Position numbers and translations under genes: made by a program. From Acidobacteriota bacterium (GTDB taxonomy: Bacteria; Acidobacteriota; Terriglobia; UBA7540): a DNA stretch of 64,000 nucleotides. The stretch spans positions 195 through 64,194 of the forward strand of contig JAHEKS010000001.1 in the NCBI GenBank assembly GCA_024638215.1. Direction: 5' to 3'. Below the pieces are notes generated by a model. It worked only from the letters and a program-made list of their open reading frames with translations. It was not told where the DNA came from and made no database searches. This document shows positions 26,274 to 35,404 of the stretch, one piece after another; the stretch's first letter is position 1; the number at the start of each line of letters is the position of its first letter.

Positions 26274-27275
26274 ATGGCAACCAAAGTCGTACTTATTCCC
26301 GGCGACGGAATCGGCCCGGAAGTTTCGGGCGCGACCGTGCGTTTGCTTGAGGCGGCGAAGGCAGAGGTTGAGTGGGAGGAATTAGAGGCCAAGCCGATCG
26401 TCGGCCATCGCAAGGAAGATGCCGATGCCGACCCAGTGGTGATAGCGGTCAACCGGGTTCATGTGGCGCTGAAAGGGCCGCTCACCACGCCGATCGGCTC
26501 CGGCCATCGCAGCATCAATGTGGCGCTGCGCAAAGCGCTGGAGCTCTACGCCAACTTCCGCCCGGTCAAAAACCTTCCCGGCATCCGCACGCCCTTCCAC
26601 AACGTGGACCTGATCATCGTCCGCGAAAACACCGAGGACCTGTACGCCGGGCTGGAACACGTGGTGGTTCCGGGTGTGGTCGAAAGCCTGAAGATTATCA
26701 CCGAACACGCTTCGACGCGCATCGCGCGGTTCGCTTTCGAGTACGCCCGCCGCACGGGGCGCAAAATGATCAGCGCCGTCCACAAGGCGAATATCATGAA
26801 GCTGTCGGACGGCATGTTCCTGGAATCCATCCGCAAGGTGGCCGAGGGGTATCCCGAGATCGAATACCGCGAGGTCATTGTGGACAACTGCTGCATGCAG
26901 CTGGTGATGCGCCCGCACGAATTCGACATGCTGCTGCTCGAGAATCTGTACGGCGATATCGTTTCCGACCTGTGCGCGGGATTGGTGGGCGGACTGGGCC
27001 TGGTGCCGGGGGCGAATCTGGGTGACAACGCCGCCATCTTCGAAGCCGTGCACGGCTCGGCGCCGGATATTGCGGGGAAGAACCTCGCCAATCCCACCGC
27101 CATGATGCTCTCGGCCGTGCTGATGCTGCGCCATATCGGCCAGGGCGACGTCGCCGACCGGGTCGAGAAAGCCATCCACGCCGTCTATCGCGAAGGCGCC
27201 CGCCTTACGCGCGACGTGGGCGGCGACGCCACCACGGAAGAGTTCACCCAGGCCGTCATCGGCGCGCTGGCCTAG
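26274..27275 (+). CDS. isocitrate/isopropylmalate-family dehydrogenase (NAD-IDH-like, about 333 aa)
   Basis: MATKVVLIPGDGIGPEV..., NLYGDIVSDLCAGLVGGLG, HGSAPDIAGKNLANP. Substrate specificity cannot be fixed by eye. Confidence 0.85.
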   Translation: MATKVVLIPGDGIGPEVSGATVRLLEAAKAEVEWEELEAKPIVGHRKEDADADPVVIAVNRVHVALKGPLTTPIGSGHRSINVALRKALELYANFRPVKNLPGIRTPFHNVDLIIVRENTEDLYAGLEHVVVPGVVESLKIITEHASTRIARFAFEYARRTGRKMISAVHKANIMKLSDGMFLESIRKVAEGYPEIEYREVIVDNCCMQLVMRPHEFDMLLLENLYGDIVSDLCAGLVGGLGLVPGANLGDNAAIFEAVHGSAPDIAGKNLANPTAMMLSAVLMLRHIGQGDVADRVEKAIHAVYREGARLTRDVGGDATTEEFTQAVIGALA

Positions 27276-27353
27276 TCCCCCACAGCCCACCTCGTGCTTG
27301 ACCTCGATACGCCGAGAGCGTATATTCATTGTAGATACAAAGGAGCGCGAACA

Positions 27354-27590
27354 ATGAAGACTCAGCTTGCCAAATGGGGAAACAGCTTGGCGGTACGGAT
27401 ACCCAAGGCCATTGTCAAAAGCGCGCGCCTGCGCGAAGGTGAAGCGCTTACGGTGAGGTCCCGCCGCGGGGCCATTTTGCTCCAGCCTGAGCGACGCTAC
27501 CGCCTCCAGGACCTCGTTGCGAAAATTACTCCCCGGAACCGCCATCAAGAAACCGATTGGGGAGAGGCCTCCGGCAAGGAGATATGGTGA
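27354..27590 (+). CDS. mazE: AbrB/MazE/SpoVT-family antitoxin
   Basis: ATG at 27354 follows AAAGGAG. MKTQLAKWGNSLAVRIPKAIV is the classic swapped-hairpin N-terminus. Confidence 0.85.
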   Translation: MKTQLAKWGNSLAVRIPKAIVKSARLREGEALTVRSRRGAILLQPERRYRLQDLVAKITPRNRHQETDWGEASGKEIW

Positions 27591-27928
27591 GCCGAAGTTT
27601 TGTCCCGGATGTCGGCGACTTGATTTGGCTGACGTTGGATCCCCAGGCGGGCCATGAACAATCCGGCCGACGCCCTGCCCTCGTCCTCTCCCCTGCAACC
27701 TACAATCACAGAAGCGGCTTGGCTCTCGTTTGTCCGATCACGAGCCGCGTGAAGGGGTACCCCTTTGAGGTGCCGCTCCCCGATGCGGCGAACATCTCCG
27801 GCGTTGTCTTGGCGGATCAGATCAGGAGCCTCGCCTGGCGGTCGCGCCGCGCGAAAAAGGCGGGACGCGCCGCGCCGGAAGTGATGGCCGAAGTGCTGGC
27901 CCGGATCGCAGCGCTCATCAATCTGTAG
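27584..27928 (+). CDS. mazF: PemK/MazF-family endoribonuclease toxin
   Basis: ATG 27584 overlaps the mazE stop (ATATGGTGA). GDLIWLTLDPQAGHEQSGRRPALVLSP...LVCPITS motifs. Confidence 0.88.
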   Translation: MVSRSFVPDVGDLIWLTLDPQAGHEQSGRRPALVLSPATYNHRSGLALVCPITSRVKGYPFEVPLPDAANISGVVLADQIRSLAWRSRRAKKAGRAAPEVMAEVLARIAALINL

Positions 27929-27934
27929 GAGTTG

Positions 27935-28399
27935 TCAGAGGCGAGGACAAGCCTTCAGCAGGCGGGCGTCAATCTCGCGGCCGAGCTTGAGGGCTTCGTC
28001 GGCGGGCATGCGCTTCTCAAATTCCACAAACAGTTGGCGCTCTTCTTTGTGCACGTGCGCGTCGAGGCGCGCGGCGAAATCATCGAAGGTGGCGACGGCG
28101 GGAGCGGCTTCGATTTGCCGGACAAGCCCGCGCAGTGTCTTGTGTTCTTCAACCAGCTCGCCGACCAATGTGAGCCGTCCCAGGTAGCGTTCCATATCCG
28201 GGAACAAAACCTCTTCTTCCACCTCGAAATGCCCCTGGAGTTCCGCCACGTAAGCTTTCTGAACCCTAGTCGCGGTTTCCTTCAGCCACGCGGCTTCGCC
28301 TCGCTCGATGCCGTCGCGCCGACGGATGAGGAGCGCGAGAATCAGCGCGTGATTGTGCTGGCGGGAAAGAGGTATCAGGCTGTCGTGACGACGGGCCAT
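27935..28399 (-). CDS. hemerythrin (HHE cation-binding) domain protein
   Basis: ATG at 28399 gives MARRHDSLIPLSRQHNHAL.... His/Glu pattern H..E...LFP......H..EE..LF. Confidence 0.8.
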   Translation of the reverse strand: MARRHDSLIPLSRQHNHALILALLIRRRDGIERGEAAWLKETATRVQKAYVAELQGHFEVEEEVLFPDMERYLGRLTLVGELVEEHKTLRGLVRQIEAAPAVATFDDFAARLDAHVHKEERQLFVEFEKRMPADEALKLGREIDARLLKACPRL

Positions 28400-28407
28400 G
28401 GTCGTGA

Positions 28408-28743
28408 CTACTCGAGAGGTGGCCGGGGCTCGGCGGGCTTCAGGACGCCGCTCAGGTTCCATTTCAGCTCATCGGAGAGCTCGACAATCTGCATGCCTTC
28501 GGCAACCAGGACTTTACAGGCGAGGATGGGGCGTGGCGGGGCGCCCTCCTGCCCCGCCATCGCATAGACCACGCGGCAGAGCTGGCACTCCTGGTTCCAG
28601 CAGAAGCGGCCGTAAGGAATCGTCTCCGGGCTCACGTACTGAAACGCGCGCAGGCAGATGTTCTTTTCGGGGACCTGGAATTTCTTCCCCATGATCGTGA
28701 TTTCGACGAGCTTTTCGTAATCGCGATAAAGTGGATTGCCCAC
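28408..28743 (-). CDS. small (2Fe-2S)-binding-like protein (Fer2_4-type)
   Basis: Only the 3' end of track ORF 28408..29295 is free of the GT2 gene. LVEITIMGKKFQVPEKNICL...FCWNQECQLC...ILACKVLVAEGMQIV resembles HcnA/SoxA-N type 2Fe-2S domains. Start is GTG 28743, ATG 28692 or ATG 28800. Confidence 0.6.
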   Translation of the reverse strand: MGNPLYRDYEKLVEITIMGKKFQVPEKNICLRAFQYVSPETIPYGRFCWNQECQLCRVVYAMAGQEGAPPRPILACKVLVAEGMQIVELSDELKWNLSGVLKPAEPRPPLE

Positions 28744-28798
28744 GGATCCGATCCGCCCCGAAAGGCGCGCGAGCGTTTCTCTCGCGCAACAGAAGCGC

Positions 28799-28828
28799 AT
28801 TATAGGGGAGCCGGGCGCGCGAAAGCAA
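28799..28828 (-). promoter_or_regulatory. internal promoter candidate
   Basis: On the minus strand: TTGCTT (28828-28823), 18-nt spacer, TATAAT (28804-28799), just after the GT2 stop. Confidence 0.35.
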
Positions 28829-28834
28829 CGCCGC

Positions 28835-29596
28835 TCATTTGTTTGGCCGCAGGACGATCTCCGGACCCGGCGATTTCGCGGGCACACTGGCTTGGGAGTT
28901 CGGCGCGCCTTCGCGCACCGGCTGGTACCACTGCGCCAGATATCGCGCGGGAACGCCCAGCGAGTAAAGCGTTTGAATCCACACCCAGCTCCAGAGCGTC
29001 CGCAACAATCCCTGCACGCGCCAGCGGCGGTCGGAAGTGACGAGACTCGTTTGCAGGCATACCGTCCGGCCGCGGCGCTCGAGGCGGCGCACGAATTCGT
29101 AGTCGTCCATGATGGGGAGAGGTTTGAAGCCACCCATAGCTTCGAAGAGGCTCCGCCGCACGAAAATTCCCGAGTCGCCGTAGTAAATCCCAAACGGCCG
29201 CCGCGCGCGGTACGCCCAGGTGAAAAAACGCTCGACCCACGAATCGCCCTCGAAAACGAGGTCGAAATTGCCTCCGATGACCGAATCGTCCGCAAGCGCT
29301 GAATTGATTTTTTCCACGGCGTCCGGAGGAACCAGCGTGTCGGCGTGGAGAAAAACCAATGCCTCGCCGCGCGACACCTGTGCCGCGCGGTTCTGTTGCA
29401 TTGCCCTGCCGCGCTCCGTGACTATCACGCGCAGTGGATGCGGATATTTCGGGATCAGCGCTTGCGCGACCGTTGAATCGGTGCTGGAGCCGTCAGCGAC
29501 GATGACTTCAAACTCGCCGCGCACGCGCGCGATGGCCGCCAGAGCGCGGCCGACGCTCCGCTCCTCATTGAAGGTCGGAACAATCAAGCTGATCAC
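28835..29596 (-). CDS. family 2 glycosyltransferase (TIGR04283-like)
   Basis: ISLIVPTFNEERSVGRAL...EVIVADGSSTDSTV...LVFLHADTLVP. About 250 aa, single GT-A domain. Confidence 0.85.
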   Translation of the reverse strand: MISLIVPTFNEERSVGRALAAIARVRGEFEVIVADGSSTDSTVAQALIPKYPHPLRVIVTERGRAMQQNRAAQVSRGEALVFLHADTLVPPDAVEKINSALADDSVIGGNFDLVFEGDSWVERFFTWAYRARRPFGIYYGDSGIFVRRSLFEAMGGFKPLPIMDDYEFVRRLERRGRTVCLQTSLVTSDRRWRVQGLLRTLWSWVWIQTLYSLGVPARYLAQWYQPVREGAPNSQASVPAKSPGPEIVLRPNK

Positions 29597-29644
29597 AATT
29601 GATTGAGATGCAGATGAGGAAAATTGGGATGGGAAAAGGCCACA

Positions 29645-30601
29645 CTAACTTTCGCTGACGAAAGTGGCCAGCTTGCGCAGGCGCTCGTGGCGCCGCCGCA
29701 GCAGCCCATCTGCGTCCAGGGCCTGCAATTCCTGGAGCGCCCGGGAAAGCAACGGCTTCAGGTTCGTCGCCGCCTTGGCGTAATCATTGTGGGCGCCGCC
29801 CGGCGGCTCCGGCACGATTTCATCAATTAACCCGAAGCCCTGCAAATCTGGCGCGGTCATCTTCAGAATGCGCGCGGCCTCCTGCTTGTGGTCCCAATCG
29901 CGCCAAAGAATGGAGGAGCAGCTCTCGGGAGAAATCACCGAATAAACGGAATTTTCGAACATCAGGACTTTGTCGCCGATGGCGATGGCCAGCGCTCCGC
30001 CGCTACCGCCTTCGCCATGGATGATGACCACAATGGGCACGCGGAGCTTGGGAATTTCCTTTAGGTTGTACGCGATGGCTTCGGCCTGGCCGCGCTCTTC
30101 CGCCCCGATGCCGGGGTAGGCTCCGGGCGTATCCACCAGGGTGATGATGGGCACGCCGAACTTGGCCGCCAGTTGCATCAGGCGCAGCGCCTTGCGGTAG
30201 CCCTCGGGCTTGGTCATGCCGAAATTGCGCAGCAGCTTTTGCTTGGTGTCGCGTCCCTTCTGGTGGCCGGCGACGAAAACGGGTTTGCCTTCGAAGAACC
30301 CGAAGCCGCAGACCATCGAAGCGTCGTCAGCATAGCGGCGGTCGCCGTGCAGTTCGGTGAAGTCGGTGAAAAGTTCCTGGATGTAGTCGAGCGTGTAAGG
30401 CCGCTTGGGGTGCCGCGCCAGCAGGACGCGCTGCCAGGCGTCGGTGGATTGGCCGGAGGCTTCGCCGCGCGAGGCTTCGAGCTGCTGGCGCAGGCGGCCA
30501 ATCTCCTCGCGCGTCGCTGCCGAATCGCCTGACTTTTCCAGGTCGGCGATGAGTTTTTCTAACTCTTGCGCGATGGTGGGCTGTCGTGTTGGTTTCGCCA
30601 T
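29645..30601 (-). CDS. accA: acetyl-CoA carboxylase carboxyltransferase subunit alpha
   Basis: [12 protein letters not shown]...[21 protein letters not shown] motifs. ATG at 30601. Confidence 0.92.
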   Translation of the reverse strand: MAKPTRQPTIAQELEKLIADLEKSGDSAATREEIGRLRQQLEASRGEASGQSTDAWQRVLLARHPKRPYTLDYIQELFTDFTELHGDRRYADDASMVCGFGFFEGKPVFVAGHQKGRDTKQKLLRNFGMTKPEGYRKALRLMQLAAKFGVPIITLVDTPGAYPGIGAEERGQAEAIAYNLKEIPKLRVPIVVIIHGEGGSGGALAIAIGDKVLMFENSVYSVISPESCSSILWRDWDHKQEAARILKMTAPDLQGFGLIDEIVPEPPGGAHNDYAKAATNLKPLLSRALQELQALDADGLLRRRHERLRKLATFVSES

Positions 30602-30642
30602 ACAAGCCGTTTCACCGGGACGAGACACTCCATCCCGGATTG

Positions 30643-33600
30643 TTATTTCCGTTTACCGAGCGAGATTGCACCTTCTCCGCAAAGCTCGCGCAGGCGCGAA
30701 AGCAGTTCTTCGTCCGCGCACACGGCGCGCGGACGGCGCGGGCGCAGGCGCGCCACGAAATCCCCCGGCCGTGTCAGCTCGAATATTACAGGGTTTTCTC
30801 CCGGATGCGCCGCGAACAGCCGCTCGATCTCTTCCGCTAGGGTTTCGGACGATTGCGCAAGATCCAGCCGGATACACAATTCCGGCTTGCCGCCGTTGGC
30901 GCCGTTCACCGCGGCCTCGAGCGGGCGCGCGTCGTTGACCACCACTTTGGGACGGGCGTTTTCCTCGTGCCGCACGCGTCCCTTGACGAGCAGTGCCGCG
31001 TCGGGCTTCAGCACGCCCTTCAGCTCTTCCAGCGCCTTGGGAAACACCAGCAATTCCACCGAGCCGCGCATATCTTCCAGATTGGCCGCGGCCCACAAAT
31101 CGCCCTTGCGGCTGGGCCGGATGCGCAAGCCGGTCAGAATTCCCGCCAGCGTGACGGGCGACTCGTGCGGGATATTTTCCAGCGAAGAGCTGTCGTGGCG
31201 CGTCATAGAAGCCAGTTGCGCCGCGTATTTTTCCAGCGGGTGGCCGGTCACGTAAAATCCCGTGACTTCTTTTTCGCCCGCCAGGCGCTCCGCTTCCGGC
31301 CACTCGGGCACGTCGGGAAGCTCGACGGCGCGCGCGGCTGCGGGCTCGCTATCCGCGCCGAACAGGCCGTGCTGGCCGCTCTGCGTCTCGCGCTGCCGGC
31401 GCGCGCCCAGGTCCATGGCGCGGTCGAGCCCGGCGGCCAGTTGCGCCCTTCTCGCGCCCAGCGAATCAAACGCTCCGGCCTTGATGAGACTCTCAATCAC
31501 CCGCTTGTTCAGGAGACGCAGGTCCACATTCTCGCAGAATTGAAAGAGACTATCAAACCGGCCCAGGCGCGAGCGCGCTTCGGTCACCGACTGGATCGCC
31601 GCCTCGCCCACGTTTTTGATGGCGGTCAGGCCGAAGCGGATGCTGCCGTTCGACGGCGTGAAGTGGCGGTCGCTGGAATTGACGTCGGGCGGCAGGATGC
31701 CGATGCCCAGGTCGCGGCACTCGTTCAAGTAGTGCGTGAGCTTGTCCTGGTTGCCGATTTCGGAAGTCAGCAGCGCCGCCATGAATTCGACCGGGTAGTG
31801 CGCCTTCAGATACGCGGTCTGGTAGGCGACCAGCGCGTAGGCGGCGGAGTGCGATTTGTTGAAGCCGTAACCGGCGAACTGTTCCATCAGCGCAAAGAGT
31901 TTTTCCGCCTTTTTCTCCGGCACCTTGTTTTTGCGTGCGCCGGCGAGGAACTTTTCGCGCATCGCCACCATCTCTTCGTGCTTCTTTTTGCCCATGGCGC
32001 GGCGCAGCACGTCGGCTTCGCCGAGCGAGAAGCCCGCGACGCTGGCCGCGATCTGCATCACCTGTTCCTGATACACGATGACGCCGTAGGTTTCTTCGAG
32101 AATTTCCTGAAGTTGAGGCAGATCGTAGCTCACGCGCTTGCGCCCCAACTTGCGCGCGATGAAATCGTCAATCATGCCGCCCTGGATGGGCCCGGGCCGG
32201 TAAAGCGCGTTGAGCGCGGTGAGGTCCGCGAGGCGTTCGGGCTTGTACCGGCGAAGAATATCCGTCATGCCATGACTTTCAAACTGGAAGATGCCCGCGG
32301 TCAAACCCTTGCCCAGCAAGTCGTAGGTCGCCGCATCGTCGAGCGGCAGAGCGGACATATCGAGCTTTTCGCCGCGCGTCATCTCGATCAGGCGGACGGA
32401 GTCGGCAATCACCGTCAGCGTGGTGAGCCCGAGGAAATCCATCTTCAACAGGCCGATCTTTTCCAGATCGTCCATGGCGTACTGCGTGGTGATTTCATCC
32501 TTGTTGCTCTTGTAAAGGGGAACGATTTCGGTGAGCGGTGTGGGCGAGATGACGACGCCCGCGGCGTGGGTGGAGGCGTGGCGCGCCAGGCCTTCCAGCC
32601 GCTCGGCGACTTGCAGCAGGTCTTTGACGCGGGCGTCGCGGTCGCGCATTTCACGCAACTCCGCGGTCTGCTTGATGGCCTCTTCAAGCGTGATATTTAA
32701 GACGTTGGGGATGAGCTTGGCGATTTTGTCGGCTTCGGCAAAGGGCATGTCGAGCGAGCGGCCGGCGTCGCGGATGACCGCCTTGGCGCCCATGGTGCCG
32801 AAGGTGATGATTTGGCTGACGTTTTCGCGCCCGTATTTTTCCGTGACGTAATTGATGACGTCGCCGCGCCCGCGGATGCAGAAGTCAATGTCAATGTCGG
32901 GAAAACTGATGCGCTCGGGGTTGAGGAAGCGCTCGAAGAGCAGGTCGTACTGGAGCGGGTCAATGTCGGTGATGTGCAGGGAGTAGGAAACCAGGCTGCC
33001 GGCCGCCGAGCCGCGCCCCGGACCCACCGGGATGCATTTTTCGCGCGCGAAGCGGATGAAGTCCCAGACGATGAGGAAATAGCCCGCGTAGCGCATCTGC
33101 TTGATGATTTCAATCTCGCGGTCCAGTCGCTCCGCGTAGGCTTCGAGCGGATAGCGCAGGCGGCCCTCGGCGCGCAGCCGCTCCAGGCGCGGGCGGCGAT
33201 AGGCAAAGCCTTCGCGCGTGACCTTCTCGAAATAACTTTCCAGCGTTTCGCCCTCCGGCACCTCGAAATGCGGGAAGACGTGCTGCTTCTTTTCCAAGTG
33301 CACGTTGCAGCGCTCGGCGATCTCGAGCGTCCGGTCGAGCGCCTCGGGAATCTCGGCAAAAACCTGGAGCATCTCCTCGTAACTCTTGAAATAGAACTGT
33401 TCGGTGGGAAATTTCATTCGCGCCGTATCGCTCAGGGTCTTGCCGGTCTGGATGCACATCAGGACTTCCTGGGCCCGGGCGTCGGCCTGCGTCAGGTAGT
33501 GGCAGTCGTTGGTGGCGACGAGCGGAATGCCCGTCTCGCGCGAGAGCCGGGCAAGCTGCGGATTGATCTTGTGCTCTTCCGTAATGCCCTGGTCCTGCAT

Positions 33601-34125
33601 TTCCAGAAAGAAATTCCCTTTGCCGAAGATGTCGCGCAGGTCGTAAGCGGATTGAAGCGCCGCCTCGTAACGGTCGGCGGATAGCGACGAGGCCACTTCC
33701 CCGCGCAAGCAGGCGGAAAGGCAGACGAGCCCGTCGGCGTGCTGCGCCAGCAGGCCCTTGTCAATGCGCGGCTTGTAGTAATAGCCCTCGGTGTAAGCGG
33801 CGGAGGCGAGCTTGACCAGATTGCGATACCCGCGCTCGTTTTCGCAGAGGAGCACCAGATGGTTGGGACGCTCGGCGTCCGGCGAGCGATCAAAACGATT
33901 GGTGGAGGCGACGTAAGTTTCGCAGCCGATGATCGGCTTCAGGCCGCACGCCAGAGCGGCGTTGTAAAACTTGACCGCGCCAAAAAGATTTCCGTGGTCG
34001 GTCAGCGCCACGGCGGGCATCTTCAGTTCGGCGGCGCGCTCCATCACGCGCGGGATCGAGCAGGCGCCGTCGAGCAGACTGTAGTCGGTATGAAGATGAA
34101 GATGAACGAAATTCTTTCCGGGCAT
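30643..34125 (-). CDS. dnaE: DNA polymerase III subunit alpha
   Basis: 1160 aa. PHP domain [16 protein letters not shown], polymerase core and OB fold. Confidence 0.95.
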   Translation of the reverse strand: MPGKNFVHLHLHTDYSLLDGACSIPRVMERAAELKMPAVALTDHGNLFGAVKFYNAALACGLKPIIGCETYVASTNRFDRSPDAERPNHLVLLCENERGYRNLVKLASAAYTEGYYYKPRIDKGLLAQHADGLVCLSACLRGEVASSLSADRYEAALQSAYDLRDIFGKGNFFLEMQDQGITEEHKINPQLARLSRETGIPLVATNDCHYLTQADARAQEVLMCIQTGKTLSDTARMKFPTEQFYFKSYEEMLQVFAEIPEALDRTLEIAERCNVHLEKKQHVFPHFEVPEGETLESYFEKVTREGFAYRRPRLERLRAEGRLRYPLEAYAERLDREIEIIKQMRYAGYFLIVWDFIRFAREKCIPVGPGRGSAAGSLVSYSLHITDIDPLQYDLLFERFLNPERISFPDIDIDFCIRGRGDVINYVTEKYGRENVSQIITFGTMGAKAVIRDAGRSLDMPFAEADKIAKLIPNVLNITLEEAIKQTAELREMRDRDARVKDLLQVAERLEGLARHASTHAAGVVISPTPLTEIVPLYKSNKDEITTQYAMDDLEKIGLLKMDFLGLTTLTVIADSVRLIEMTRGEKLDMSALPLDDAATYDLLGKGLTAGIFQFESHGMTDILRRYKPERLADLTALNALYRPGPIQGGMIDDFIARKLGRKRVSYDLPQLQEILEETYGVIVYQEQVMQIAASVAGFSLGEADVLRRAMGKKKHEEMVAMREKFLAGARKNKVPEKKAEKLFALMEQFAGYGFNKSHSAAYALVAYQTAYLKAHYPVEFMAALLTSEIGNQDKLTHYLNECRDLGIGILPPDVNSSDRHFTPSNGSIRFGLTAIKNVGEAAIQSVTEARSRLGRFDSLFQFCENVDLRLLNKRVIESLIKAGAFDSLGARRAQLAAGLDRAMDLGARRQRETQSGQHGLFGADSEPAAARAVELPDVPEWPEAERLAGEKEVTGFYVTGHPLEKYAAQLASMTRHDSSSLENIPHESPVTLAGILTGLRIRPSRKGDLWAAANLEDMRGSVELLVFPKALEELKGVLKPDAALLVKGRVRHEENARPKVVVNDARPLEAAVNGANGGKPELCIRLDLAQSSETLAEEIERLFAAHPGENPVIFELTRPGDFVARLRPRRPRAVCADEELLSRLRELCGEGAISLGKRK

Positions 34126-34177
34126 GGAAGGTTATTTTAACACGGAGGGGCGGAGGGATGGGGCTGCGATCGCGAAA

Positions 34178-34843
34178 CTACTTCTCAGTTTTCTCAAAAA
34201 GGAGAAAATAAAACTGCTTGCCATCGTCGGTGCGGGTGAAGCCGGGCTCGCTGCGAAGAAATTTGAACCCGGCCTGGAGGGCGTCCCCGCGCTCGAAGGG
34301 CTCGGGCAGCCGATGCCAGCCGGCATAATAATCGCGCGGGTGGCCGGCGGGCGCCGCGCCGTCAATCAGCGCCAGCAGGCCGCCGGGCTTGAGGGCGCGA
34401 TAAATGCCCGCGAGCATCGCCTGGCGCTCGGTGAATTCGTGGTAAGCGTTCATCACCAGCACCGCGTCGAGGCTATCGCCGGGCAGGCGAGGATTGTCCT
34501 CCGCGCCTTGGACGGTCGCGATTTGCGTGAGATGGTCGTCGTTTGCTTCGCGGCGAATCGCGGCCAACTCGTCTTCGCGAAGATCCACCGCGTAGACCTT
34601 TCCTTGCACGCCGACGCGGGCCGCGAGCTTGAACGTGAAGTAGCCGCGCCCGCAGCCGACATCGGCCACGGCGCCGCCCGCGCGGATGCCCAAGGCGTCC
34701 AGCACACGCTCGGGATGCTGCCAGGCGTCGCGCTCCGGACCGCTGTTTTGCGCAAACGCCGCCGGCGGACACGCGAATAGCCCGAGCGTGACGAGCGCCA
34801 GCAGAAGTATCAGTCGCAGAAATCCTTTGGTGCGCGGCTTCAT
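34178..34843 (-). CDS. class I SAM-dependent methyltransferase with N-terminal signal/anchor
   Basis: ATG at 34843 gives MKPRTKGFLRLILLLALVTLGLFACPPAAFAQ. SAM motif I VADVGCGRGYF. Confidence 0.8.
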   Translation of the reverse strand: MKPRTKGFLRLILLLALVTLGLFACPPAAFAQNSGPERDAWQHPERVLDALGIRAGGAVADVGCGRGYFTFKLAARVGVQGKVYAVDLREDELAAIRREANDDHLTQIATVQGAEDNPRLPGDSLDAVLVMNAYHEFTERQAMLAGIYRALKPGGLLALIDGAAPAGHPRDYYAGWHRLPEPFERGDALQAGFKFLRSEPGFTRTDDGKQFYFLLFEKTEK

Positions 34844-34971
34844 AGGTGGATTCCCTCTGAATCTTAGCACCGGCAAGGTCGCAAGTCGCCTTGCACGGCC
34901 CGAAAATAAACTGTGCCAGTTGTATCCCTGGTACCCACCGTGTCATTTCGATCTGCTAGGCTGCTGGGAGC

Positions 34972-35013
34972 AGGATTCAGGATCTAGGATTCAGGATTCA
35001 GGGTTCAGGACGG
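34972..35013. repeat. heptanucleotide tandem repeat (AGGATTC)x6, degenerate
   Basis: aggattc aggatct aggattc aggattc agggttc aggacgg read directly. Intergenic, about 130 nt upstream of the methyltransferase start. Confidence 0.85.
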
Positions 35014-35237
35014 AGACGCAAATGGCAGGTGCGAGGAGAATTGGCAGAGCGATCCGAATCGAAGCGGCCACCCGCGGTGCCGGCATCACGGGACGACCTG
35101 GAATAATCACTGCAATAATATTTGATTTTGCAGCGAACCCATTGTGCCGAACCAAGCCAAGTCCACATCAGGCAGTATTTATGCGGGTCTGGCTCGATGC
35201 CTACGCGAAAGGAACGGGGAAAAACACCCTCCCTTTT

Positions 35238-35327
35238 GGCCATCAAAGCCGTGATGTCGTTGAAAATACAAGATCGGCCGAAAAAACGAACCCGCGCAAG
35301 CGGCGAAACGAACCGCCGACGAAGCCA
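35238..35327 (-). repeat. second, inverted copy of the GGTTCG-rich 3'-flank element
   Basis: Minus strand reads GGCTTCGTCGGCGGTTCGTTTCGCC...GGGTTCGTTTTTTCGGCCGATCTTGTATTTTCA...ATGGCC. Blocks are shared in the same order with 19530-19628. It lies just 3' of the cca-family stop. Confidence 0.5.
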
Positions 35328-35404
35328 TCCGCCGCGCGGACAAACCCAAGCGCGTGAGGGTCCGCCCCGGCGGTTCGCGATGCATCGGGCGGTGCGGCAA
35401 GCGG

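Noticed and set aside
28744-29295. Upstream 184 codons of track ORF 28408..29295
   Set aside because: From 28835 onward it overlaps the well-supported GT2 gene in another frame on the same strand, the remaining stretch is the Arg-rich MRFCCARETL... leader, and the composition is Arg/Cys/Ser-rich. Only the 3' about 110 codons look coding.
30853-32700. 615-aa ORF antisense to dnaE, and similar long antisense ORFs at 61278..63380, 42556..44184, 35354..37063, 37000..38226, 26382..27698, 23888..25105 and 21020..21922
   Set aside because: Each lies opposite a gene with unambiguous family motifs. They are Arg/Gly/Ala/His-rich with no motifs, the typical stop-poor antisense frames of high-GC DNA.
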